From: Nitrosarchaeum sp.
GTDB taxonomy: Archaea; Thermoproteota; Nitrososphaeria; Nitrososphaerales; Nitrosopumilaceae
DNA length: 64,000 bases
Assembly (NCBI GenBank): GCA_965223865.1
Contig: OZ245020.1
Coordinates: 800,001-864,000, forward strand
Reading direction: 5' to 3'
The translations under genes were made by a program, and so were the position numbers. The notes below the pieces were generated by a model. That model worked only from the letters and a program-made list of their open reading frames with translations. It was not told the DNA's origin and ran no database searches. Positions 11,164-22,281 of the stretch are shown here, piece after piece (the stretch's first letter is position 1; each line of letters begins with the position of its first letter).

Positions 11164-11753
11164 CCCGTATATCCAAGACATACAAAGTATAATTCACTAC
11201 TTTGTTTTCTGCTTGCCTTGGGTTTTGTCATATTTATTCTTGCAAATTTTTTCTTTACATAATCTTTAAACTCCATAGAATATTCTCCATCAAATACCTT
11301 AAAGACAGCATTTCCTTTATGTGCTAAAACCTTATCCATGATTTTTGTACATTCGTAATTTAGTGAGATCTGTTTAGCATGATCGACTGACCAATTGCCA
11401 GTAACTTGGGGTGAAAGATCACAAATTACAGCATTAACCTTCCTTTCAAAATAAGACAGGATTTCATCAACAACAGACAAATCTTCAATGTTTTCTCGAA
11501 TTATATAAGCTCCGGGAATATCTTCAACGTATGAAAGATCAATTCCCATTATCTTTCCTTTGTTTCCTGCTAGTTTTACTGCCATTTGGGTCCAACCACC
11601 AGGAGCACAACCTAAATCAAGTACATAAAAACCAGGCCCAATGATTCGATAAGATTGATTTAATTCTTTGAGTTTGTACGCAGCTCTACTTCGAAATCCT
11701 TGTTCATGAGCTAGTCTTCGATAGTGATCTTTTCGTGCATCAATTAATTTCAT
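11160..11753 (-). CDS. rlmE: 23S rRNA 2'-O-methyltransferase RlmE/FtsJ
   Basis: RSRAAYKL, LDLGCAPGGW, KPKASR..SSE.Y. Confidence 0.93.
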   Translation of the reverse strand: MKLIDARKDHYRRLAHEQGFRSRAAYKLKELNQSYRIIGPGFYVLDLGCAPGGWTQMAVKLAGNKGKIMGIDLSYVEDIPGAYIIRENIEDLSVVDEILSYFERKVNAVICDLSPQVTGNWSVDHAKQISLNYECTKIMDKVLAHKGNAVFKVFDGEYSMEFKDYVKKKFARINMTKPKASRKQSSELYFVCLGYTG

Positions 11754-12502
11754 TTGGCTTTCTTTGGTTTTTTCATTTCTGCAAGTACCCAATCTTCAAT
11801 AAACTGACAATTTCTTGGGCTAATTTCTCCTTCAAGTGAACACTTTTGTTCTACTGGACATACAAGGCATGGAGAATTTTCAATTGATTGAGTACTGATA
11901 GGGGTTTTCTTTAAAATTAGTTTGTAAGTCCATCTGCCTTTTTCAAGAAGTTTTTCTCTAGTAATGATTCCCATTCTTTCGAGTTTTAATGCAAGTCGAG
12001 AGCCATCTCTACTGGTAAGTTTAAGTTTTTTCCAAAGTTCACTTTGAAACAGTCCATCAGATTCTTTTTCTGCTAGAATGTCACAGACTTTATTCGTCAA
12101 TCTTTCCATATCTACTTTTTCAATTTGGAAATTTTCTATTTCTTCATCAGTAAGTTGCTCTTCTAATTCTTCTTCAAGTGTTTTTTCAGCTTCTTTCTTT
12201 GCTTCTTCTATTTCTTTTTTAGTTAATTTCTTTTCTTTGGTTGGTTTTTCTGCTTTTGTTTTCTTTTCTTTGGTTGGTTTTTCTGCTTTTGTTTTCTTTT
12301 CTTTGGTTGGTTTTTCTGCTTTTGTTTTCTTTTCTTTGGTTGGTTTTTCTGCTTTTGTTTTCTTTTCTTTGGTTGGTTTTTCTGCTTTTGTTTTCTTTTT
12401 TAGCAACTTTGAATCCATATCTTTCTTTTTTTCCTTGAGTTCAGCCAATTCAGCTTTAATCTTTTCAGCCTCTTCAGTCAGATTATCTTTTTTCTTTGCC
12501 AT
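11750..12502 (-). CDS. Winged-helix/Cys-cluster protein with Lys-rich repeat N-terminus
   Basis: QSELWKKL...SRLALKLERMG wHTH; PCLVC...C...C C-terminus; 11-aa repeats. Confidence 0.7.
   Translation of the reverse strand: MAKKKDNLTEEAEKIKAELAELKEKKKDMDSKLLKKKTKAEKPTKEKKTKAEKPTKEKKTKAEKPTKEKKTKAEKPTKEKKTKAEKPTKEKKLTKKEIEEAKKEAEKTLEEELEEQLTDEEIENFQIEKVDMERLTNKVCDILAEKESDGLFQSELWKKLKLTSRDGSRLALKLERMGIITREKLLEKGRWTYKLILKKTPISTQSIENSPCLVCPVEQKCSLEGEISPRNCQFIEDWVLAEMKKPKKAK
12233..12397 (-). repeat. 5 x 33-bp in-frame tandem repeat (KKTKAEKPTKE)
   Basis: Directly visible, essentially identical repeat units. Confidence 0.9.
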
Positions 12503-12556
12503 TAAATCATCCTTATTTTAGCATAAAATTCCTATTTATTATACAATAGTGTATTC

Positions 12557-13033
12557 CTATTTAATAGTAAATTTCCCAGTTGTTGTAATATTATGTTTTT
12601 GAGCCTTGTCTTTCATCTCTGCTATAATTTCATACTGTCCTGGAGTGTTAATGACTTCAGAAAATTCATCTCCAATAGGTAATTGGGTGTTATTTTTAGC
12701 AAAACATTGCTCTAAAAAGCCGTTTTGGGCAACTATACTTTTGTCTGATGAATATATTGTGACATAAAGATCACCACAATCAAAAAAGGTGTCATTTACA
12801 GTAATGAAAATTTTTACTGGACTAGAAGTAGAATATTGTTGAGCAAGACCAATGATTTGAATAGATTTCTTGTGTGATTTATCAGATGAACCATCACGCC
12901 ACAGCATTAGTTCACGATCTGGTGCTTGTAAAACATCAGCCATAACAACTGAACCAAATACAATTGAAAATATTACTGGTAAAACAAATACAGCATATAG
13001 AACTCCTCTAGTTGCCATTTGGTTAATCTCCAA
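12557..13033 (-). CDS. Membrane-anchored hypothetical protein
   Basis: N-terminal TM helix, beta-rich remainder. Confidence 0.7.
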   Translation of the reverse strand: MEINQMATRGVLYAVFVLPVIFSIVFGSVVMADVLQAPDRELMLWRDGSSDKSHKKSIQIIGLAQQYSTSSPVKIFITVNDTFFDCGDLYVTIYSSDKSIVAQNGFLEQCFAKNNTQLPIGDEFSEVINTPGQYEIIAEMKDKAQKHNITTTGKFTIK

Positions 13034-13119
13034 TAATTCCCTTATATCTATTTAGCAAATTCAATAATGGTGATAAATCTGACGAATGAGTTAAATCGTA
13101 GCCAACTAAAGAACGCTAG

Positions 13120-15213
13120 ATGCGACTTAGAAAATTTCGAGTTAGAGCATATCGTTGCATTCATGATTCTGGAGAAATCAATGTAGGAGATTTAGCAGCA
13201 TTTGTTGGAAGAAATGAGAGTGGGAAAACTACAATCCTTCAAGCTTTGACACTGCTAAACAAGGATGAACATGTTTCAGATTTGGATCTTTGTGATGAAA
13301 TGTTTGAAGAGCTTAAGGAAGAAATTAGACTTGCGGAGGGAGAATTTGAATTAAGTATAAATGAAATAAGAATCCTAAAAGAAAGATTTCCAAATCTACC
13401 TGAAATGAAAAAAATCAAACTTTTTAGAACTAATAAAATCCCTAAAGTTCAATATGAATTTCAAGATATTCAATTAAGTGAGGATGAAAATAGAGGATTA
13501 AATTCCTGGGAAAATTTTGCAAAGCGAATTATTGATTTTTTAGATACAATTCCTAATCATCTAAGAATTCAAATTGATACAGGATTTTTTGAAGGAGATC
13601 CTCCTAAGAATCAAGAAGCATTTGACAGGGGAATGGCAGAATTTAGTAATCAATTTCATGTTATCGCTATTCAGGAGCCAAAGGTAATAGAAGAGTGGGA
13701 AAAAATCTATGAAAATCCTGAAAATCAATTTTCTAACCTTCTTAGTGGTGAAAGTGAAAAAACGGCATTAGAGAATTTTGTAGCAGCACAGTTACATCCA
13801 CGTTTCGTTTATTTTTCAGACTATAAGAAAATCTATGGAAATATCAACCTAAATGAATACATCAGAGAGAATAGAGGAGAAAGAGGTGAATCAATTGAAT
13901 ATATTGAAGAGTTTGATAAGGCAGAAACCGTAAGAAATCTGTTTTATTTGGCAGAATTAGATATTAAAGAATTAGATGAGGTTAAGGAGACACCATCAAA
14001 GTGCATAAAAATTCTCAATACTGCAAGTAACAGATTAACAAGTAAACTTAATCCTGCATGGAAAGGAGATCCGATTCATGTTGACTTGAGATACAATCCA
14101 GGAAACATCATGAGTGTAGTAATTTCAGATGTACACAAAGATGGAACTATTACAAACACAGGTTTGTTAAATAGACGAGCTGAGGGTTTCAAATGGACAT
14201 TTTCGTTTATTGTAAACTTTGCAGCAGAAACACAAAGAGCAGAACTAAAAGAAGCTATTCTTCTTTTAGACGAGCCAGCAAGAAATCTTCATCCAACACA
14301 ACAAATGGGAATATCCGATCTTCTAAAAGGGCTTGCAGGGTCAAACCAAGTGCTTTATGCAACTCACTCACCTTTTATGATTTTTGACTATACTCCTGGA
14401 AACTTGCTTGTAGTGGAATTAGATAAGAAAAAACATCTTAGCAGAATCTTTTATGATTATTGGAATGCAGATGATAAAACATTAACTCCTATACTTTACG
14501 GATTATCAAGAGGATTAGTAGAGTCAATAGTTGACCGAGAAATTGGAACTAATTCAAGACCAGTAATAATTGTAGAAACAATGTCTGATGCAATGTATCT
14601 AAATGCATTTGACAAATTTTTACAGGATCCTAACATCTCAATGAATCCATTAAATATAGTTGCAGCTTATAACAAAAATTCAGTCTTACCATTAGCAATA
14701 TTTTATAGAAATCATGGCTATAGAACATTTATTTTACTTGATAATACGGAAGAATCAAAACAGATTTCATCTCAACTAGCATCAAATGATTTCTCACCAC
14801 TGCAAACAATTTTCTTTGAAAGAGAGGCAAAAAAGCTAGAATCAATTGAAGACTATATTATTTTAGAAGACTATCTTTATGCAGTAAACCAAACTTATGA
14901 GATTAAATTAAGACATGAGGGGTATTCCAATCTCACACCAGAGGATGTATTATCAAAAGAAAAGAAGGGAATTTTAGAGAATCTAAGAAGCATTTGGGAG
15001 GATCATAGAGATGATGATTGGGGAAAGTTTGACAATGAAGAAATTACTCGGTATATTTGTGAAAAAATCACTTTTGAGGAGACTGATTTCTTATCAGATA
15101 AGACAAAAGACCAGTTTAGATCACTATACAGGATGATTGCAGAACGAATAAGACAATATCAAAATGTTGCCACAAAACCAGACTTGGACAAATATCAGCG
15201 TACAAAAGCCTAA
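13120..15213 (+). CDS. OLD-family-like ABC ATPase with C-terminal TOPRIM-like region
   Basis: GRNESGKT Walker A, LLLDEP Walker B, THSP H-loop, IIVE..SD and LLDN TOPRIM-like motifs. Confidence 0.8.
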   Translation: MRLRKFRVRAYRCIHDSGEINVGDLAAFVGRNESGKTTILQALTLLNKDEHVSDLDLCDEMFEELKEEIRLAEGEFELSINEIRILKERFPNLPEMKKIKLFRTNKIPKVQYEFQDIQLSEDENRGLNSWENFAKRIIDFLDTIPNHLRIQIDTGFFEGDPPKNQEAFDRGMAEFSNQFHVIAIQEPKVIEEWEKIYENPENQFSNLLSGESEKTALENFVAAQLHPRFVYFSDYKKIYGNINLNEYIRENRGERGESIEYIEEFDKAETVRNLFYLAELDIKELDEVKETPSKCIKILNTASNRLTSKLNPAWKGDPIHVDLRYNPGNIMSVVISDVHKDGTITNTGLLNRRAEGFKWTFSFIVNFAAETQRAELKEAILLLDEPARNLHPTQQMGISDLLKGLAGSNQVLYATHSPFMIFDYTPGNLLVVELDKKKHLSRIFYDYWNADDKTLTPILYGLSRGLVESIVDREIGTNSRPVIIVETMSDAMYLNAFDKFLQDPNISMNPLNIVAAYNKNSVLPLAIFYRNHGYRTFILLDNTEESKQISSQLASNDFSPLQTIFFEREAKKLESIEDYIILEDYLYAVNQTYEIKLRHEGYSNLTPEDVLSKEKKGILENLRSIWEDHRDDDWGKFDNEEITRYICEKITFEETDFLSDKTKDQFRSLYRMIAERIRQYQNVATKPDLDKYQRTKA

Positions 15214-15292
15214 GATTAAAGAAGATTTCTGATGATAGATACTCAATTAAAAAATACAAAAACTCCAAAATCCTTTAAGGTTTAAGTTAGAG

Positions 15293-17452
15293 ATGACGAA
15301 AAATAACTTCATGAATAAATCCTCGTTGAGAGGAATTTTCCTTTCAATTCTGATATTTTCTATTGGATTTGGAGTTATTCCTAGTGTGTATGCAGAATCA
15401 GTTACTGCAAAAAGTATTGCATTTGAAGAAACCACCATTATTGAATTTTTTAATCAAGGTACAAAAGACATCAATACCTTTAGAATTTGGCTAAGTAGTG
15501 ATTTTAATTTCAAGTCGTTTAAGACAGAAAAAGGTTGGACTGGTGAAAAAACGTTACAGGGAGTTATCGTCTTTAACTCTGAAGAAGCTATTAAACCAGG
15601 AGAATCAATAAAATTTGGAGTTAAAACAGACAAAGTAAGCTCAGGAATTAATTGGAAGGCACTTGACAACAATGACAAACAAATAGATGCAGGGAAATCT
15701 GTTGCAGATGATCTTCCAGAACCAATAACAAATACAAAACCTCAAGAAGATAGCACATCAACAAATGGAGTTTTGTCAGATTCAATTTTTAGGATCATAC
15801 CGGAGAAACCAAATGTTGGTTCAACAATTAGAGTAACAGGAGATAATTTTGGGTCATCCCAAGAATTTGATTTTTTGATAGATTCTAGGAAAATTGGAAA
15901 TTTTGTTACGAATGATGCAGGTTATTTTATGACAACTATGAAAATTCCAGATAATATTGACGCAGATAGAGTAAACTTTGTTGTAAAAGACAATAATAAC
16001 AAGGAAAAGACGATAAGCCTGAGATTAGGAGATGTAGAAAGTAGGATTCCCGAAGACAACGTGAAGCTCACCATCAAAGGAGTTCCAGACATAATGCATA
16101 GAGGAGATTTCTTGGAGATCTCAGGTACAGGTCAACCAGACAGTGCTGTTTCAGCAACAGTGTTCAATCCAGATGGAGAGATAATCAATACAAGAACGGC
16201 TGAAATAAATTCTAAAGGAAATTGGGAATTAGAAGAACCGATTATTGTTCCACTTGACACGGAATTTGGAGTATATAGTGCTGAGATTTCTGATGGAAGA
16301 GAAACCATTTTAAAGAATTGGACAGTCGAATCATCTAAACTAATTGTAATATCTCCAGAAGTTTTAAAGTTTGATCCTGGTGAAACTATGAAATACAATG
16401 GCACTGCAATACCAAATACCCCAATAGAATTGATTCTGGAAGATCCTTTAGGAGATGAGAGATTTGCGGACATTATCGAAGTAGATTCTTCAGGAATTGT
16501 AGAATTTGAATATCCTACCATTGCAAATGTAGACAAGGAGGGAACATGGACATTGATTGCCACCCAAGGCAAAAATAAAGAATTTATTTTTGCAGGATTA
16601 GGAGAAGTACCAACAATTCCAGTAAATTTTGAATTTGACAAGTTAAATTACAAATCATCAGAAACTGCATTAATTACGTTGACTGGAAAACCATCAGACA
16701 TTCTTAGCATGTTAATAGTTGACCCTTCAGATAAACCAAAAGGAGAAACAATTTCAATTCAGTTAGAACCAGATGGAAGATCCATTTATGAATTAGATTT
16801 AGACAAATATTCCTCAGGAGTTTATACTGCAGTGGTAAGTAAGGGAACAACAAAAAGTAGCGAGATTTTTACAGTAGGATTACAGACAGGATCTGGAGAT
16901 GTCGATATTAACACTACAAAATTAGAATATGGACCGGGAGATTCAGTGTTGATACTAGGGGATACAAATTCCAATGTACTCCTTACAATCACATTATACG
17001 ACCAAGATGGAAAGGAAATAAAATCTAAAGAAACATTCTCAGACAAGAATGGAAAAATTACAGAAGAAGGTTTCAGGATACCTTCTAGCGCCGAACCAGG
17101 AACATGGCAATTGAAGGCCACTAGTGGTTCAAACTACGATATTGTAGATATTGAAATAACTGCAGTTAAACAAGAAGGAATGGTAATCAAGGTAGTTGAA
17201 GGTACTGAAATTCCAGGTATTGGAAAAATAATAAACATTATGATTGATGGTGCAAATCCAAGATCTACAGTTTTGATCGAAATACAAACAGAAGATGGTG
17301 AGACTATTGATGATACTTTAAAATGTGTAGCTACAGATCAAGCAAGTTGTGAAATTCCGTGGACAATTTCCAAGGATACATTACCAGGCATATACAGTGT
17401 AAAGGCAAAAGACGGACACGATTCAGCTGAAACAACGTTTGTTGTAGATTAA
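15293..17452 (+). CDS. Large secreted multi-Ig-like-domain surface protein
   Basis: Signal peptide, acidic beta-rich repeats (G.W.L.A, GVY.A). Confidence 0.75.
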   Translation: MTKNNFMNKSSLRGIFLSILIFSIGFGVIPSVYAESVTAKSIAFEETTIIEFFNQGTKDINTFRIWLSSDFNFKSFKTEKGWTGEKTLQGVIVFNSEEAIKPGESIKFGVKTDKVSSGINWKALDNNDKQIDAGKSVADDLPEPITNTKPQEDSTSTNGVLSDSIFRIIPEKPNVGSTIRVTGDNFGSSQEFDFLIDSRKIGNFVTNDAGYFMTTMKIPDNIDADRVNFVVKDNNNKEKTISLRLGDVESRIPEDNVKLTIKGVPDIMHRGDFLEISGTGQPDSAVSATVFNPDGEIINTRTAEINSKGNWELEEPIIVPLDTEFGVYSAEISDGRETILKNWTVESSKLIVISPEVLKFDPGETMKYNGTAIPNTPIELILEDPLGDERFADIIEVDSSGIVEFEYPTIANVDKEGTWTLIATQGKNKEFIFAGLGEVPTIPVNFEFDKLNYKSSETALITLTGKPSDILSMLIVDPSDKPKGETISIQLEPDGRSIYELDLDKYSSGVYTAVVSKGTTKSSEIFTVGLQTGSGDVDINTTKLEYGPGDSVLILGDTNSNVLLTITLYDQDGKEIKSKETFSDKNGKITEEGFRIPSSAEPGTWQLKATSGSNYDIVDIEITAVKQEGMVIKVVEGTEIPGIGKIINIMIDGANPRSTVLIEIQTEDGETIDDTLKCVATDQASCEIPWTISKDTLPGIYSVKAKDGHDSAETTFVVD

Positions 17453-17491
17453 TTTCAAACAATTTTATTCCACCAGTTTTGAAATTTTTTT

Positions 17492-18004
17492 ATGAACCTT
17501 AAAGACAAAATTTCAGAATATCCGGATTTTCCTAAAAAAGGAATATTATTTAGAGATTTCAGTCCAATTCTGAAGGATCCATCAGCATTATCATATATTG
17601 CTGATGAGTTTACAAAGTATTTTCATCCAAAAGAAGTCGATGTTTTTGCAGGAGTAGAATCAAGAGGTTTTATTCTTGCCTGTATTATGGCTTCAAGATA
17701 TAACAAAGGCATGATAATGATTAGAAAGGCAGGTAAACTCCCTGGAAAAACTACGAAACTATCATACAAGATTGAATATGGTCAAGATACAATTGAAATT
17801 CAAAAGGATGTAATTCAAGAGGGGCAAAAAATAATCATATGCGATGATCTGTTAGCAACAGGAGGAACTGCCAAAGCTTCGGCAAGACTTATTGAAAAAG
17901 TAGGAGGTATAATATCGGGATTTGCATTTATCATTGAACTAACTGATTTGAATGGAATAAAAGGCATCAGCAAATACAATTGCAAATCATTGGTGAAGTA
18001 TTAA
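17492..18004 (+). CDS. apt: Adenine phosphoribosyltransferase
   Basis: [25 protein letters not shown]. Confidence 0.95.
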   Translation: MNLKDKISEYPDFPKKGILFRDFSPILKDPSALSYIADEFTKYFHPKEVDVFAGVESRGFILACIMASRYNKGMIMIRKAGKLPGKTTKLSYKIEYGQDTIEIQKDVIQEGQKIIICDDLLATGGTAKASARLIEKVGGIISGFAFIIELTDLNGIKGISKYNCKSLVKY

Positions 18005-18795
18005 TGGAAAAAGATGTAGAGATTGGAATTTTTGGAGGAACTGGGATATACGACTCGGGACTGTTAGAAAACCCTCAGGAATTAGATATTGATACTCCTT
18101 ATGGGAAACCTTCAGATACAATTACTGTAGGTGTTTTCAGGGGAAAGAAAATTGCATTTTTGCCCAGACATGGAAAAAAACACTCAGTTCCACCTCACAT
18201 GATAAATTACAAAGCAAACATCTGGGCATTTAAGGAATTAGGAGTAAAAAGAATTCTTGCACCATCGGCAGTAGGTAGTTTAAAAGAAGAACTAGAGCCG
18301 GGACATTTTGCATTACCAACTCAATTTTTAGATTTTACAAAATCAAGAGAAGGATCATTTTCTGAAAATGGACGAGTAATCCACATTTCCGTTGCAGAAC
18401 CCTTTTGTCCAGAGATACAATCATCAGTTTTAAAAGTGGTAAAGAAACTAGATTTTAAAATTCACAAGGATTGTACATACGTATGTATTGAGGGACCAAG
18501 ATTTTCCACTAAAGCTGAATCAAAGTTTTACAGAACAACTGGTGCTGAAATTATTGGAATGACACTTGTTCCAGAATGTCAACTTGCAAGAGAAGCGCAA
18601 ATATGTTATACATCTATTTCAACTGTGACAGATTATGATGTCTGGGCCGAAAAGTCTGTTACGGCAAAAGAAGTACTAGAAACATTATCAAAGAATGTGG
18701 AAAGAACAAAGAAAGTTCTAATTGAATTAATAGATAGTATTCCTAAAACCAGAAGCTGTTCTTGTGCAAAGGCTCTTGAAGAAGCAGAATTCTAA
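18004..18795 (+). CDS. mtnP: S-methyl-5'-thioadenosine phosphorylase
   Basis: [29 protein letters not shown]. Confidence 0.93.
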   Translation: MEKDVEIGIFGGTGIYDSGLLENPQELDIDTPYGKPSDTITVGVFRGKKIAFLPRHGKKHSVPPHMINYKANIWAFKELGVKRILAPSAVGSLKEELEPGHFALPTQFLDFTKSREGSFSENGRVIHISVAEPFCPEIQSSVLKVVKKLDFKIHKDCTYVCIEGPRFSTKAESKFYRTTGAEIIGMTLVPECQLAREAQICYTSISTVTDYDVWAEKSVTAKEVLETLSKNVERTKKVLIELIDSIPKTRSCSCAKALEEAEF

Positions 18796-18851
18796 TCATC
18801 TACATCAAAGAGAATTCAAAATCCAATACACAAAAATGGGAAGGATATTCG

Positions 18852-19205
18852 TTATTTTAGCCTCAATTTCCTAGCTTTACTAATAATTTTAGAATGATCA
18901 GCTCTAGCGCTTGTAGTCAGATACAGAAGATGGGCATCATCTAGCGGTATTACCAGACGCTTGATCTTGTCATACTCAGCAAGAGCATACTTTCCTTTGC
19001 CTATCTTTTGTGAGAGTTTGTTTCGAGCTTTCCAAATGTTTGCAGATGTCTTTAGTGATTGGAGACTCTCTTTTGCTGTTAAAAGATTTTTTACTCCCTT
19101 TTTGTGCCCGCTAGATTTTATTCTTCCATTGATGTCTGTGATGGTTGCATAACGAATTGCAGGGCTAATTTTCATAGCTTGTTCCTGAAGACTTTGATAG
19201 TCCAT
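18852..19205 (-). CDS. Thaumarchaeal roadblock/profilin-like small protein (DUF6659-like)
   Basis: IRYATI...G; KIGKGKYALAEYDKIKR pattern. Confidence 0.65.
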   Translation of the reverse strand: MDYQSLQEQAMKISPAIRYATITDINGRIKSSGHKKGVKNLLTAKESLQSLKTSANIWKARNKLSQKIGKGKYALAEYDKIKRLVIPLDDAHLLYLTTSARADHSKIISKARKLRLK

Positions 19206-19335
19206 GTGATATATAGGAATCTGCTATATGTTAAAGATTTAAAAAATTAGATTTTTAAAATACCCTTTTATTTTCAAAAATCTTCAGTTTCAAAAAAAAT
19301 TGATCACATAATTATGAGAAAGACAATTATCTATT

Positions 19336-19716
19336 ATGGCAGATCCAAAAAAGGAAGCTGAACATTTATGGAATTTGTATGTCCAGTCGCTTGAAACCTG
19401 GAAAAAAGCTCACTAATCATGGCAAAAATCAGGAGAATATGCACTAAAACAATAATGCCAAAGCCATGAATTTTTCATGGAAACAGTATGATGCAGGTCA
19501 GATAAACAAGTACAATGAGGCATGGGCAAAGACTTGGAGTGAAGTTGGAGAAAACCCATACAGATGGTATTTGAAAGCCTGGGAAAAAATATGGAAGGAT
19601 TCAGGATTTGTGTCATTAGGACTTTTAATCAACAATGGCAGAAGATATGGGTAAATTCTACTCAAGAAGTATTCAAAAAATATCTTGAAGTTCTAAAATA
19701 TTCAGAGAATAATTGA
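19336..19716 (+). pseudogene. Disrupted Trp-rich helical protein
   Basis: MADPKKEAEHLWNLYVQSLETWKKAH*SWQKSGEYALKQ, frameshift to AMNFSWKQY...DSGFVSL, frameshift to TFNQQWQKIW...SENN*. Confidence 0.6.
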
Positions 19717-19790
19717 TTCTCTACAATTTTTTGATGATAAAAATAAAGAGTAAATAATACTGGTATTTTCACTACGAAAATTCTTAGTTT

Positions 19791-20135
19791 TTATGAAATC
19801 AGAGATGCAGTTTCTCTTTTACTGTCATCATGAGGATCAAAACCTCGCTTTTTGTGTATAGTGTCTATTACGCCTTTGGTAAATTTGTCAAACTTTTCAT
19901 CTTTCATAGAGTCTATGACTTCATCTACTGTCTTTTTCATATCAATTTTCTTGCATCTGCGGTCTGCCTCAGAACAATAAAACTCGATATATCTTTGAAT
20001 GTAATCGTATTCTGGTCCCTCTATTCCTATTTCAAATCTCCTTCGGCTTAGTCTTTGCCTCCAGCTTTCACTCATAATGTTACTTTGCTCTTCTTTTGTA
20101 TTAAACCCTCTAACCATAAAGTTAACTTGATTCAA
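19791..20135 (-). CDS. Hypothetical protein
   Basis: ORF with coding-like charged composition; start uncertain. Confidence 0.5.
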   Translation of the reverse strand: MNQVNFMVRGFNTKEEQSNIMSESWRQRLSRRRFEIGIEGPEYDYIQRYIEFYCSEADRRCKKIDMKKTVDEVIDSMKDEKFDKFTKGVIDTIHKKRGFDPHDDSKRETASLIS

Positions 20136-20611
20136 AAATTTTTGCAGTAATACCTATTGTACGTATAGAAGATACAGAGGATGTAAACAAAACTCTTGAT
20201 GGAAACATTGCATCAAGAGCATTTACTGTATATCAACTAGCAAATACCATTATTCATGACTTTGTATTTGCAATCTTTCTCTTGACCTTCGTTAGATAGG
20301 CAATAATGCCACCTATAACTGCTGTAATAGCTGTGATTCCCGCTACTATGTCTGACACTGGTAAATTCTCCCATAAAATCAATGCAACTGTTTTCTTCTG
20401 CAATCAGCAATTTCTTTTTTTGTACATCTTGGTATCCTGATTTCCAATAGATTTTTGGTAAATCAAAAATGGAAAGACCTATAAGATTTTAGATAAATTA
20501 GATGAAAAACTGAGTTAATGTAATTTCAACAATTTGAATATCTGCATCAAATTCATCGTTTTAATAATGCTAAATTAAGACATTACAGAATAAAATCACT
20601 GCAAAGTTTAT

Positions 20612-20896
20612 CTAGTCATCTACAAAAGTCTCACGTCTTAGTCCTTCAGGTAATGTGAGATCCCCTTTCAAAAGATTTTCCTGAAGAGATATAATTACTT
20701 CATTAACATCATAGTCTAGTTTTTTCAATTCTTTTTCAGTAGTTTTTGAAATTTTTGCACCAATATTTTGACCTCCTATTCTACCAAATGCAATAGCACT
20801 AAATCTAAATTTATGATCATCAATCGTAAAATTACCGGTAATTTTTGCAGCCATTTGACTCCCGTGAATATTGTTAATGTGAACTTTAAGATTCAT
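20612..20896 (-). CDS. Conserved hypothetical protein
   Basis: AIAFGRIGGQN motif; operonic with neighbours. Confidence 0.75.
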   Translation of the reverse strand: MNLKVHINNIHGSQMAAKITGNFTIDDHKFRFSAIAFGRIGGQNIGAKISKTTEKELKKLDYDVNEVIISLQENLLKGDLTLPEGLRRETFVDD

Positions 20897-20904
20897 TTTA
20901 GAAA

Positions 20905-21303
20905 TCAGATTTCAACTGCCTTATTGATATGATCATCAATTAAAAAACTCCAGTGTTTGTCATCTTTAATTTTGAAGTTCTTTGTATTAAGAGAAATTAC
21001 CTGTTCATCTAGACATTCATGTTTTATTTCACCATGTTTTTTTAGTTTAACTAATTTCCACCTGTATTTTCCTTGTTGTAATTTGCATACAGTAACACCC
21101 CATTTTGCGTCAGGATCAATTTTTGGCATTCCTACTAAATCTGCTAATTCTTCAATACCTAGTTGTTTTTCTTCACAAAATCTTTTTTTACAAACTCCAC
21201 ATCTCCATACATCAATAGAACCTATTGTTCGTTCATCAATATTTATATTTACTACACCAAAATAGACTGGTTGGTGTTTGCATGTTTCTGTATCTATTGT
21301 CAA
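20905..21303 (-). CDS. Hypothetical Cys/His (putative Zn-binding) protein
   Basis: CKH...WRCGVC...FC. Confidence 0.75.
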   Translation of the reverse strand: MTIDTETCKHQPVYFGVVNINIDERTIGSIDVWRCGVCKKRFCEEKQLGIEELADLVGMPKIDPDAKWGVTVCKLQQGKYRWKLVKLKKHGEIKHECLDEQVISLNTKNFKIKDDKHWSFLIDDHINKAVEI

Positions 21304-21325
21304 TGCTGTTCACCATTCCTTAGTA

Positions 21326-21682
21326 TTATTTAGTTCTTGCATCATCATAGGGTTTTTCTAAAATTATTCCGATGTTATCGACAATCTTGTTTCTCTTAAA
21401 TTCAATATTATCTCTTTCACAAAGTCTTCTATACATATTAACAGATGTAAACCTTGGATGCATTGCCTCAAATTCCGTATCAGTGATATCTATGAATGCA
21501 CCTAATGCCATTAGATCCTTTGAAGTTTTCAATGATTCTTCAAGTGAGATTTTTAATTTTTCAGAAATTTTTTTTGAAGTCATTTTTCCATCGCAAGTTA
21601 CCAATAAAAAGACTTTAGCTTGTATACGACTCAATTTAATTTCTGATATAAGAGCTTCTTCAAGTTTTATGAGATCAATCAT
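21326..21682 (-). CDS. TrmB-like helix-turn-helix protein
   Basis: LS..QAKVFLLV...GKMT...ISEKL; FEAMHP. Confidence 0.65.
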   Translation of the reverse strand: MIDLIKLEEALISEIKLSRIQAKVFLLVTCDGKMTSKKISEKLKISLEESLKTSKDLMALGAFIDITDTEFEAMHPRFTSVNMYRRLCERDNIEFKRNKIVDNIGIILEKPYDDARTK

Positions 21683-21897
21683 TTTTTTACCAACAATTTT
21701 TTAGAAATTTTTAATGAAAATCCCATAGCAAGAAAATGAACAATTGCTCCAACAATTGCAGCTTGAATTAAATCATTTAGGATATTCCAACTTAGAAAAA
21801 ATGCTATAATCGAAGGGATTGTAACGATAATGGCAATAATAGATCCTTTTAAAATAATTTCTTTCAATGAAAGTATGTCAATTTTTTTCTCTGCCAA
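21679..21897 (-). CDS. Small two-TM membrane protein
   Basis: Two hydrophobic helices; 4-nt overlap with next gene. Confidence 0.7.
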   Translation of the reverse strand: MAEKKIDILSLKEIILKGSIIAIIVTIPSIIAFFLSWNILNDLIQAAIVGAIVHFLAMGFSLKISKKLLVKK

Positions 21898-22281
21898 TAT
21901 TTCAAATTTTTAAAATTGGTAATAAAAACTAAAGATAATTCATTATTTACATTATAATTTTTTTCATTCTTTATGAGGTATTATTTAATCAGTTTTTGAT
22001 ATAAAATTAATTCGATATAGATAAAAGAAAAAATAGATTATTGAATAAAATTTCCTTGTTTGTGAGGGATACACTCTTGATAAAGTTCGCTTCTAATTTC
22101 ATTGATTGTACAACCACATTTTACAACAATTAATTGAGAAAGTTCAGAATCATTCATAAATTAACCTTTATGAAATTTGTTTAAAATTTCATTTAATAGA
22201 GTCTATAAGGTCAACAGAATAGTAGAAACTAATAAAATTTCTAAGTGTACTTTATATTTGGTGAAGAGAGATTTTTGATGT

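Noticed and set aside
12233-12397. Possible CRISPR array (also considered for 56296 and 61542 repeats)
   Set aside because: Head-to-tail repeats without spacers; no cas genes in the window.
12078-12521. Hydrophobic repeat ORFs on the plus strand
   Set aside because: Antisense shadows of the Lys-rich repeat gene.
21900-22280. AT-rich gap as a replication origin
   Set aside because: No ORB-like repeats and no adjacent cdc6/orc1.
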